From: Haliotis rubra
Lineage: Eukaryota
Assembly (NCBI RefSeq): GCF_003918875.1
Contig: NW_025767046.1
Location: 2,604,001-2,668,000, forward strand
Direction: 5' to 3'
Length of the DNA: 64,000 nt
Position 1 is the stretch's first letter; every line of letters starts with the position of its first letter. The notes beneath the pieces were generated by a model. That model did not search any database. It was given only the letters and a program-made list of their open reading frames with translations, and had not been told where the DNA came from. A program made the position numbers and the translations under genes. Below, in pieces: positions 52,101 through 63,576 of this stretch.

Positions 52101-52784
52101 ACAATTCTTGCAATCGTTTAATGTTTTATGCAAAACTGCAAATTTGGAGATTCAAACTAATTACCCATGGTTTGTTAACTCCTTACGTCACCAAAGTTGT
52201 ACACGTTAAAGACCTGAACCTAGATTTTCGAAGCTCTCTTAGCGCTAAGATAGTCGTAAGTTAATGTTAATGTATGGCCCTTACTACTATCTTAGCGCTA
52301 ACCCAGAACTTCGAAAATCTAGGCCCTGAATCACATTTCAGGTAATGGACTCTTAGCGCTAAGAGAAATCTAGGCCCTGAATCACATTTCAGGTAATGAC
52401 TCCAACATTACCCGACACTTCTTGGTGTAACTGAAACGGCTCACTATATAGATTTTGAGCATGAAATGAAAACTGTTATATGACCTGTCACCGATGGAAT
52501 GGTTCAATTCTGTCCAAGGCTCACTATATCGATTTTGAGCATGAAATGAAAACTGTTATATGACCTGTCACTGATGGAATGTTTCAATTCTGTCCAAGGC
52601 TCACTATATCGATTTTGAGCATGAAATGAAAACTGTTATATGACCTTTCACTGATGGAATGTTTCAGTTCTGTCCCAGCCTGACTACAGGTGTTGATGGT
52701 CGCCAGGTGTGTATGGGGCCTATTTTGGCATGCTGCAAACTGGGATACAACAACCAGGACGCCGTTGTACCTACTCCGCTCTGA
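49173..52784 (+). CDS. Paralog F, 285 aa, divergent member with GIGG-type N-terminal repeats
   Basis: Exons 49173-49470, 49870-49955, 50591-50733, 51737-51950, 52668-52784. Conserved TTITC, EGGCTPDGLG, PGVV, LERYAGRAFAFC, QVCMGPILACCKLGY. Confidence 0.9.
51131..51455 (+). repeat. Tandem array (~88-bp unit x4) derived from the family-2 SINE 3' end
   Basis: Units begin TTCGA(A/G)GCTCGTTATGTGGATCACTGGATTG at 51131, 51219, 51307 and 51391. Confidence 0.9.
52217..52325. mobile_element. Short MITE (Harbinger-like) in intron 4 of paralog F
   Basis: TIR CCTAGATTTTCGAAG...CTTCGAAAATCTAGG with internal CTTAGCGCTAA motifs; CTG on both flanks; partial re-duplication at ~52351-52398. Confidence 0.6.
52438..52677 (+). 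repeat. 80-bp triplication spanning the intron 4/exon 5 boundary of paralog F
   Basis: Units start at 52438, 52518 and 52598. Confidence 0.9.
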
Positions 52785-54159
52785 GGACATTAATGGAACA
52801 TTACTTGTAACTTAATTCATGCCAATAGGCAGCCATGTACATATTTATCTTCTACTTGAACTGTATTGTGTTCCTCGAAACGTAGTTTATTTATGTCATA
52901 GAGACAAATGTAATTCTTCTACTGTTTTGTTACATAGCCACAATTACAGTTCATAGATTGATCGGGGGCAGTGGGGGTAGCCTAGTGGTGAAAGTCTTCG
53001 CTCGTTACGCCGAAGACGCGAGTTCGATTCCCCACATGGGTACAATGTGTGAAGTCCATTTCTGGTGTTCCCCGCTGTGATATTGCTGGAATATTGCTAA
53101 AAGCGGCGTAAAGCTAATCGCACTCACTCATAGATTGATTGCGATTTTGTGGTCATAACAAATAGAAGCGGTAAGAAGTATCCTAAATGACACGAACAGA
53201 AGAAAAGAAATCCACTGAGTAATAAAAATTCAATGTTTGCAAAAACATTCTGTCATGATGTTAGATCCAAAAGAAATGGAAAACAACTAATGTACCCTTT
53301 GAGTGAATTTTCAATAAATATTAGGGACTTAAGCCGAAAAGACAAATGCTCAGAAGATAGTGTTTCCTCTTTCGTCGTGTCAAAACTAATAATCTCAACT
53401 ACTCCTGACCTTAGGATAAAATCATTAGCTTTTCCCTTGATGCATAATGAACACATGTATGACATAATACATTGCTTCTCGTATTGCAGTTCATCTCTTC
53501 TTTACTAATATTTAAGTCATATCACATTCAAGATGTTTTCCTCCAACCTAATGAAACAGTCTGTTATTTATAATGAAAAATCATCTCGATTATGATCTCT
53601 TTGATTATGAATCAACATCTGTATAGGCTTTAATACATCATTGAGACACTTATATCGTTGTGACAACTCAAATAGGCTGTCTCAAAATATATTTATTGTT
53701 TGTTTTAGTTTTTCTGTTCGTGGTCTGTTCGTATTGCAGTGTGGATCTCTTTGTGAAGCTGAATTTGTGACACAGGTATTAAGTACCATGCACGTCACTT
53801 TTATACTGACATATGTTATGACATTTAGTAAAGTGAACTAAAGTGCTGTTTATATATGTTTTTCATCAGTGCTATATATACTTGTACAAGTTGAGCTAGA
53901 GACATTTACAATGGGTTGCAAATAAATGTTAAAACTCAACTCAATATAGTACGTTTATTTTTTCACTCGCGAAGCTGACACAGGACTTAGAACGTTAGTT
54001 CTATATGTTACCTCCACTGTTGTTCAAGGACTTCAATGAATGCACTGTCGCCAGATCTCTTTTTAAAATCTGCAACAACATGAAGACAGAGTAATTTACG
54101 TATTTGATATATAAGCCTAATCGTCACCCAAGGCAAAGGTAAGGATCAAATTGATCAGC

Positions 54160-54298
54160 NNNNNNNNNNNNNNNNNNNNNNNNNNNNNNNNNNNNNNNNN
54201 NNNNNNNNNNNNNNNNNNNNNNNNNNNNNNNNNNNNNNNNNNNNNNNNNNNNNNNNNNNNNNNNNNNNNNNNNNNNNNNNNNNNNNNNNNNNNNNNNN
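54160..54298. other. Assembly gap (N run)
   Basis: Run of n. Confidence 1.
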
Positions 54299-54819
54299 AA
54301 ACTCTTTCGGAGGACCAGAGTCTTTCATGTGTGTGTGTGATCCGTTTCAGTTACAAGTGTCATTAGCGGTCATTCAGCAGGTTATGCCTATCATTGCTGA
54401 AGTTGATGGACAGCGGGGTAGCCTTCTGATTAACGCGATCGCTCGTCATGCCGAAGGCCCAAGTTCGATTCCCCACATGGGTACAATGTGTGATCTCTGG
54501 TGTCCCCGCCATGGCATTAAGGTAATATTGCTAAAAGCAGCGCCAAACGAACTCATTCACTCTAAATTATATAACAGGGAAATACATATTCTTTTTATTA
54601 GAAGAGATGTTCCAGCCATATTTCTGAAACGGACAAGTACATTAAAACAGGGTCAGTCCTTGTGTCAAACGCTGATGACACACAAACAAGGGGCAAGTCA
54701 ACATTTCGGGCTTTCTTTAATAATACACACAAAAAAACACAGACAGTAGTATAGCTATTCTCGGTGATTATTTTGGAAATATAGTTTGCAAGGCGCACCA
54801 ATATTCCAGCTATATGGCG

Positions 54820-55298
54820 ACAAAAAAGTAAATAAAATATAGTGAAGTTATGATTGCAAATCCTCTTTATTTTACCTTGCCAATTGGACATTTAAATCTC
54901 ATAAGTTTATTCATCATAGGATAAAAGTTGTTTAACAAACGATCATAGTTTCAAATCCGTATTATTGGTTTTGTATTACAAGGGGTATGCACATAAAATG
55001 AAACACCTAAATCAAGTAGGGTTGGTCTAAGTTAACGCTCATCACACCGCACGTGCATTTGTTTCACTGTTCCAACTACTGCGCTTACCCCCTTGTAATA
55101 CAAACCAATATAAGCGATTTGAAACTATGATCGTTTGTTAAACAACATTTTTCATAACTTGAATACAAATCTAAGATTTAAATGTTCAATTGGCAAGGTA
55201 GAATTATGAGGATTCGCAATCTTAATTTCACTTTATTCGATTTACATTTTTGTTTAAAGTGCAGTTCACCGGTACGTTTTCACTGCAAACAGACTATA
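54820..55298. mobile_element. Second, inverted and truncated copy of the foldback MITE
   Basis: Reverse-complement match to ~55783-56270; ends ...CACTGCAAACAGACTATA. Confidence 0.7.
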
Positions 55299-55426
55299 AC
55301 CTCTGAATATGTGTAATTGTGATGGAAACGAACAATTGGGGATTCAGAACCTGAGCAAATCTAGACTTGATTTAGGCTGTAGCATTGCTAAATGGAAAGG
55401 GAAATAATGCGTTTCGGGGACTTGGA

Positions 55427-55781
55427 GACCGCCTCCGTGGTGTAGTGGTTAGAGCGCCCGCCCGGAGAGCGGAAGGTCGCGAGTTCGATCCCCGACCGCG
55501 TCATACCAAAATACGTTAAAATATGGTACTTGTTGGTTCCTGCCTGGCGCTCGGCATTAATGGGTAGAACAAGGACTGGTCGGCTCGGAGTTAGTATAAT
55601 GTGTCTGAGTGGGGTATTCATGCTTCACTGCGGCATGGTATCTCAGTGGGCTAGCACTATAAAACCAGCTTCAGTCTGGGCAAGTACAAGCAGTCGCACC
55701 TACACATACACACGCATGCACGTCGTCATATGAGCGAAATATTCTCAAGCACGACGTTAAACCCAATTCCACCACCACCAC
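55427..55781 (+). mobile_element. tRNA-derived SINE family 3 (V-domain-like)
   Basis: tRNA head (GGTGTAGTGGTT, GTTCGATCCC), body CATACCAAAA..GTTAAAATATGGTACTTG..CCTGCCTGGCGCTCGGCATT, (CCA)n tail. Copies at 5015-5285-, 26624-26868+ (3' truncated), 63230-63577+, fragment ~32085-32140. V-SINE assignment is from recalled motif similarity. Confidence 0.8.
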
Positions 55782-55782
55782 T

Positions 55783-56317
55783 ATAGTCTGTTTGCAATGA
55801 AAACGTACCGATGAATTTCACTTTAAACAAAAAGTAAATCAAATAAAGTGAAATTAAGATTGCGAATCCTCATAGTTTTACCTTGCCAACTGAACATTTA
55901 AATCTCAGAATTTTATTCAACTTAGGCTAAAAGTTGTTTAACAAACGATCATAGTTTCAAATCGCTATTATTGGTTTGCATTACAAGGGGGTAAGCGTAG
56001 TAGTTGGAACAGTGAAACAAATGCACGTGCGGTGCGTGATGAGCGTTAACTTAGACTACCGTAGAAACCAACCCTATTGTTTTCGGTGTTTCATTTAATG
56101 TGCATACCCCTTTGTAATACAAACAAATAATAGCAATTTTAAACTATGATCGTTTGTTAAACAACTTTTATCCTATGATGAATAAACTTATGAGATTTAA
56201 ATGTTCAATTGGCAAGGTAAAATAAAGAGGATTTGCAGTCATAACTTCACTATATTTTATTTACCTTTTTGTTTAAAGTGAAATTCATTGGTACGTTTTC
56301 ACCGCAAACAGACTATA
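55783..56317. mobile_element. Foldback MITE with ~200-bp inverted arms
   Basis: TATAGTCTGTTTGCAATGAAAACGTACC ... GGTACGTTTTCACCGCAAACAGACTATA. Related copies at ~54820-55298 (inverted, truncated) and 63577-64000. Confidence 0.8.
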
Positions 56318-59300
56318 AGCGTTAGTCTACCTAAAGATGGCCGTAACGTTTCATGCAAGTGGCCTCATGGCTCTGCCCTTACCACCTTCCCCCATGCCGC
56401 CATCAATCTCTCAGACACCACTCCCGATCATCCCATCCTCCCAGCCGCTGACAACACTAATCAAAGTCGACTTAAATAAATCCACTTAAACTCAGAATAA
56501 AACAAACACTTACTCTTTCATCTCCCACGTTTGGCAGTTGGAGAGACTGGGCCAGGGTGAGTCACAGTTTAGATAACTAATCCGTTTTGGAAGTTTCACG
56601 ACAAACTGAAAAACATCACAGCTGGAACAAGTAATCCACTTAAAGTCAGTGTAAAAGTACACTTGAATGTGTTTGCAATGGAGTTCCTTATAAAGGCACT
56701 GTGGTGACTTTATTGCAGCAAGTTGAGTTGTTTGTTTCAAAGAAAGCGCCACCATCTGTTACGCACAGGGCACAAGTTTCATATCACGGGAAGTTATGCA
56801 ACATCGGTCTTGGGGTACGGATAAAATAATGCCGCACACAGGGAATCTTGATTCCTGAGAGTTTCTGGGGCTTTGGTCCTGTCCCACACTGAAGCACCAT
56901 TAGCACATGTCATCTTTATGCATGTGACATTGTTCGAAATGTGCCTCTCTTCATCCAGCCGGATGGAAAGGGTATTGTGTCTGTTAACCATGCAGCACCC
57001 GAGGGGGCTTGAGTTGTATTCGCCTCAGGGAGCTGAGAATGGCAATCGGTGGCGCACTGATCCATTGAGCCGGGCGTAATTTCAGCGCTTTGAGCATGCA
57101 CTTTGTGTTTACCCATATTATTATTGAGATATCCAATACCGTCTTATTTGTTCATTGCGTGTCCAGGGTTGAGGAGGTAGCACAATGATCCTCATGGCCT
57201 GATTCCGCAACACGGATAATCTTGCAGCATCGCATAGTTTATAGAGTAAAAGTAGGAAATGTTATTTCAACAGTACAATGTACAATATCCAACCTGATGA
57301 GTGAGTGAGTCTTGTTTCATGCCCCTTTAGCAATATTCCAGCAATATCACGGCGGGTGACACCAGAAATGGGCTTTATATATTGTACCCATGCAGGCAAT
57401 GGAACCCGGGTCTTCGGCATGACGAGCGAACACTTTAACCACCAGGCTACCCAACCGCCCCTCCAGCCTGATGAAGGGATACGGGAAACATATTTACTGA
57501 ACTAAAACACGCCGAGCATTAAAGTGTACCTCCAAATATGAGTGACTTTGGTTTTACGCCGCTTTTTCAGCAATATTCCAGCAATATCACGGCGGGGGAC
57601 ACCAGAAATGGGCTTCACACATTTTGCAGGGGATTCGAACCCGGGCCTTCGGTCTTACGAGCGAACGCTTTAACCTCTAGGCTATCTACCCCTACCTTTC
57701 CACAATATTTAGGAAAATACACATATGTACAGTCGCTTTTGAAGCAAATGTTCATATTGTGCTCAGGGGCATGTCAACACCAGTACATTTACGTTGTGGG
57801 AAAGACTGATGCATTTAGAAGGTTATTAGTTATATCCTTGAGATAAAATAATTTGTGTATGCACAGCGTAGTAAGAAATGCAAAGCGCAGATGAAATATA
57901 TTACTTGCTTTGCAAGAACATCTTTATAAGAACAGACCCGTGACGACTCAGATTAGATTTGGTCTTTAGTAGCCCTTCAATTGTGAAGCCATAAAATATT
58001 TAAGGTGGGTAACACGTAAGTTTGATGGGTTTGCTTATATATGCCCCAGTAGCCATTCAAAATGTCATTAAAGTTGTGTTTTAAATGAGTTGGTATACCA
58101 CCCCATGCATTTACACTTCACCCAAGACGATGCCAGTTTTGCTAAAACGTCCAACTGTTGGACCATCAGAAAGTTCTAGATCAACTCTGAACTCGTCTTT
58201 GAACAATGTTTCAGTCTCGTCCTCAGATTCTCACACGTTGTTTACGTCACGTTAGATGCACCTGATTATAATACAGGGGACTATAGTGAGGTCGAAGTGG
58301 AAGTAAAATCTGCGACGTCGGGACCTAATGTGGTACATGTAGTTCCTTAACGGGTTAAGTACTTTGACACTAATTGGTGGACTCTCTCTCATTGCCACTC
58401 ATTGGTGGATTTCTCTAAGCAGTGAATGCAGCAGAGAGGTATTGATTCCGTAGATGTACACGGGCATGTGAAGATTCACACGTGAATGATCAGTGAATTG
58501 CTTTTCACGAGGGTTTACCTGTTGTAAATAACCTCCTCAAAAGATGTTTTTTGATGAACATTTGATTAACTTCATTTGCATAATTCCCACGGTTCGATGA
58601 AGTTGATTTTCAGTAGAACGTGTTTTGTTCAGCGTTAAACAAAAGAGTCTGTTTCTTCTGAACACCAAAGATGACCGTGTGCTCTTCACATTAAAATCCC
58701 TGGTGTGTGATATTTATTTTGAAACGTTTGGCAAAGCTAGAAACAGACTTCATTAAATAAGAAAAAGGGTGCATGTTCCTACATTTTAAAAAAGGAAATA
58801 TGATAAGTGATGCTTCAAACTTAAGTAAATTTACATTATCAGACAACATGTCCCCAAAACCCATTTCAGGAACCTTGAACGGACATATTTTGATGTACGA
58901 ACACCATTTCATTAAGCAAGGTTTGAAAAGAAACGTGATGCAAAACTTGGTCAAAATGGTGTCCAACTGAGTGTTATTAGCAAAATGTTTGCCAACGTGT
59001 AAGGATTCGAACCCTTTTGATTAACCCATCACATCCAACATGAAATTGGAAGAAATAACGGAAGATTTGTAAAGTGTGGTTTGGTGCTTAGTGTACAGCA
59101 GCTTTGATTCGGGATGTTACTATCCGTCCACTCCCTACCCCACAGGCATTTATATGTAAATTGATCTGCTGTCAAAGTCTATCGCGATCATATGCCATTC
59201 AAGGGCAAGTTCACGCGGAGCACTAATGAAGTATCATCGTTTCATATGGTGAATTTGTACTCGCGCAAGAAAATGATCAATGTATTTTGAAGGTTTCTTT

Positions 59301-60212
59301 GGACTCTGACATCTTCTCGGAGCCACTGTCTCTCTTGATATGAATTGGAATTGGATGTAATTTGTCTGACTGACTGACTGAGTTTGGTTTTACGCCGCTT
59401 TTAGCAATATTCCAGCAACATCACGGCAGGGTACACCAGAAATGGACTTCACACATTTTACCCATGTGCGGATTCGAACCCGGGTCTTCGGCGTGACGAG
59501 CCAACGCTTTAACCACTAGGCTACCCCACCGCCCTCGGATGTAATTTGTGTTGGGACAGACAAGGGAAAAGTTAACTGCCTTATTGTTTAAGGGATATAA
59601 TTCTTCCTTGTTTTGTGTGGAAGATCAAGGACCCATGAGAGTGTGATGCTTTCATGCGTTCACTACGCGCTTCCTGCTTGTGATGAGATGTAAAAAAGGT
59701 GTACAAAAAGATGTAGATTTCGGACTTTCCTTTCTTCAAGAATTAAAATCAAAATATATTTCAAAGTAACCTCTTTATTGTGTTCAATAGAGGCTGATAA
59801 GTTTAAATAATCTATTTCAACAGCTTTAATTTCTGATTGATGTTGGATGGCTTTTGGACATACACTCAATCACACCATATTGTGACACATTTTGTCCTGA
59901 CTTGAGGCCTTTGGGCCAGTGTTTCTTGATTTATAACTTGCATTTTCAAAGGGACGGTAAATAGGAGAAATCACGAACTGGGTCAAAAGTACCTATTTTT
60001 TATTCATGTCACTATCGGGGCGGTGGGGTAGCCTAGGGGTTAAAGTGTTGGCTCGTAACGCCGAAGGCCCGGGTTCGATTCTCCACATGGGTACAATGTG
60101 TGAAGCCCATTTCCGGTGTCCACCGCCGTGATATTGCTGGAATATTGCTGAAAGCGGCGAAAACAACACTCGCTCACCCACTCATGTCACTATCAATAAA
60201 AATTAAGAAGCT

Positions 60213-60455
60213 ACCCGTGAAGGTCCGGGTTAGAATATTGATCTTCAGTAACCCATGCTTGTCGTAAGAGGCGACTAACGGGATCGGGTGGTCAGGCTTG
60301 CTGACTTGGTTGACACATGTCATCGGTTCCTAATGGCCTAGATCGATGCTCATGCTGTTGATCACTGGATTGTCTTGTCCGGACTCGATTATTTACAGAC
60401 CGCCGCCATATAGCTGGAATATTGCTGAGTTCGACGGAAAACTAAACTCATTCTC
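60213..60455 (+). mobile_element. SINE-like family 2 (~240 bp), no canonical tRNA head, starts ACCCGTGAAG
   Basis: Contains CATGCTTGTCGTAAGAGGCGACTAA and shares the family-1 3' tail. Copies at 99-336- (TSD AACACCTACATGA), 4337-4588-, 9031-9268-, 24810-25012+, 34165-34380+, 43650-43778-, 50345-50512+, 50948-51130+, 61412-61595+, plus fragments. Confidence 0.85.
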
Positions 60456-61857
60456 TCACACTGGGTTCATCATCTCTTGTGAGAATTTACCTCGTGGTAA
60501 AGCAGAACCAGCTGATTTTGTAGAGGGATTCGTAGCTAAAATTAAGAAGCTATCATTTAATATTTGGTTAGGTGTGGTGTGGTGTTGGTAGTGTGTGTGT
60601 TGACAGTAATTACTTACTGCTTTAAATGTGCATATTAATTGGTTTGTTCACACATGCACAAACAAGATAACTTTCCTGCAAAATATGTAATAAAAAGCAA
60701 AAGTCAGATTTGCATTATTCGAGCATCATAAATTACATTTAGGAGGATCAGGTCACTCCATAGAAAATTATTTTAACTGATCCTATGGGATAGAATCACT
60801 CCCTGTATACTTCCTGCATTACATTCTGTCGGTAACAGCTCCCCCTTCCCTCTCCCTACCCAAGTTAACTACTTTCCCAAACCTTTATGGTGTAATTGTA
60901 TTAAACAGCTGTAAGACAAGTGAAAAGAGCCCAAACTTTGTCTCGCCAATGTACTGCTAAGATCTTAAAGGTAAATATATTAAAATGCATCTAATATGTA
61001 AGTATATATATATTCCATTGATCAGAATATAAATTTTCATAATGTTTCTTTATGTAGTTTGTAATGATTAAGCAATGCATGTTGTCTCAACTAATGAAAA
61101 TATGTGAAATATGCATAATTGTATATTTTGAATGAAGTGGGAATGTATTTCAAAATACAATGAAGATGTTAAGCTCCATGAGATAATATTTCAGCAGAGG
61201 TACTGAAGAATATAGCAAAGTGTGGAAGTGTAATGTCCTGAGCCAAATCTCTTACGTCATCGAGATCCTTGATGTCATCACTAGTGTGTTCGAGTGTGAG
61301 ATAGGTGCCAAAGATAACTTTGTTAAACCAAAGCAAAGCAAATTCTCTGTTCCACGAGACCATCTCTGTGAAGCAATTGGTTCATAACAATGTCATCCCA
61401 TACTAGTCACAGAAGATCCTGGTTAGATTTGGTCTTCAGCAACCCATGCCAGTCTTAAGAGCGAATAACGGGATCGGGTGGACAGGCTCGCTGACTTGGT
61501 AGACACATGTCATAGTATCTCATTTGCGAAGATCGATGCTCATGAATTTGATTACTAGATTGTCTGGTCCAAACTCGATTATTCACAGACTGCCATAAAA
61601 AACTTCTCCAATTCTTTATTTCTTATTTGATAGAAATACATCCCACAAATACAAATAATGTCTCAGCGTTTGTTTTTGAAGATGAGTGCACATTTTTCTA
61701 ATGTGCATGGTTGAGTTGAATAATGTATATCAGAGATTTTAAAATATGTGTCTGTGTAACCAAAATGAACACATTGCCTTGCCTGAATAGAAAAAGACTG
61801 AATTACTATATGTTCAAAATGCATATCGAGGAGGCCAGACTGGGAATATTTTTCCTC

Positions 61858-62965
61858 TTAGGGTATGGGAAGTAGGACGGCATCCTGGTTGTCATAACCC
61901 ACTTTGCAGCAAGCAAAGACTGGGTCCGTACACACTTGGCGACCAAAAGCATCTGTTGTAAAACCAGTACACAACTGCAACAAGATTTGACGACATCAGA
62001 CACTTAAGTTTAGGGCATTATATATTTTAAAAACGATAGACAATATTATTTAGGACAAACAACGCACAAAACTACCACTGTTTTCCTCCTTTGATATTCA
62101 TTTGTATATATAGTAAATTTTGTATTAAACATTATCGTAAGACCTCTTACAAAACATACATACTGTATTCTGACGGATATTAGCACGGTGTCTCAGACGG
62201 TTTGTATAAAAGGATATTTTCAGGAAAATACTGGAAAAAATTAAATGGCAGTTCGATTATATCAGTTGAATGTACAGTGAAATCTACTCACAGCAAGTCC
62301 TATTCCAGAATATCTCTCAAGGTCATCAAACGGCATGTTCACTGAAGCCACGTCAATCGTAATTTCCCTGTTTTGTTGCAGCGTTACCTCAGCAATGACT
62401 CCTGGTCGGGTATTTGCCGGGGCAAAGAAGTTGAAACGTTGACGAGGTCTTTGGTGGAAAACGAGAACAAGACATAATAAAGCTAGGATGTGCTTCTATG
62501 AACAATAAATGATACGTCTATTTACCAAGATAACTGAAACTCTAGAGAAAAATATACCAGCAAATGTTTTCATCGTGCGTCTTGTACAGAAACCATCTTC
62601 CTCAGCAGTGGTTGGAGAACTGCTAAAGCTGACACTAGCTCATCAGTGCTTAAGCAAAACACGATATGAATATTGACGGCAATTTTGAATGTAAATAATA
62701 AGTGGTTATCTTTTTCGCATGTAAAGTCACCAAACTGTCTGAAATGTTTAGAGATATGTAACGAAAGTTCTCTTTGTTTCACAAGAGCAGCGTTTATCAT
62801 AAATGATCTAAAATGATAAACATACCTTTGAATCACAGGCCCCAATCCATCAGATGTACATCCTCCTTCAACGCGGGCTCTCTCGTTGGCTACAAGTAAA
62901 AAGGTTCCAGAAGCCGTTGTTGTTCGGAAAACGAACATTCCACCAAGAGTTTGACGTCTGAGCCA
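61858..62965 (-). CDS. Paralog G, partial (exons 3-5 only; 5' exons presumably beyond the window); lacks the GQW insert
   Basis: Exons (minus) 62965-62826, 62448-62292, 61974-61858: WLRRQTLGGMFVFRTTTASGTFLLVANERARVEGGCTSDGLGPVIQR/PRQRFNFFAPANTRPGVIAEV...LERYSGIGLA/LCTGFTTDAFGRQVCTDPVFACCKVGYDNQDAVLLPIP*. Confidence 0.85.
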
Positions 62966-63576
62966 CTGCAAAAGGACACAACCCTTAAATATCACACACA
63001 TTTAATACTTATCTTACGTATACAAACATATCCTCGGGGTCTTGTTAGAATTGGGGAGATGGGGTAGCTTGGTGGTTCAGCGTTCGCTTTTCACACCAAA
63101 GACATGCAGGGTCCGTTTCCCGACATGGGTACAATGTGTGAAGCCTATTTCTGGTGTCCCCTGCCTTGATATTGCTGGATTCTTTGTATAAGCGGCGTAA
63201 AACCAAACTCACTCACTCACTATAGTCTGCCGTGGTGTAGTGGTTAGAGAGTCCGCCCGGAGAGCGGAAGGTCGCGTGTTCGCTCCCCGACCGCGTCATA
63301 CCAAAATACGTTAAAATATGGTACTTGTTGGTCCCTGCCTGGCGCTCGGCATTAATGGGTACAACAAAGACTGGTCGGCTCGGAGTCAGTATAATGTGTC
63401 TGAGTGGGGTATTCATGCTTCACTGCGGCATGGTATCTCAGTGGGCTAGCACTATAAAACCAGCTTCAGTCTGGGCTAGTACAAGCAGCCGCATATACAC
63501 ATACACACGCATGCACGTCGTCACATGAGCGAAATATTCTCAAGCACGACGTTAAACCCAATTCCACCACCACCAC

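Noticed and set aside
58140-58358. Possible piggyBac-like terminus (…CGGGTTAA) with degenerate coding remnants
   Set aside because: No matching second TIR or recognisable transposase could be established by eye.
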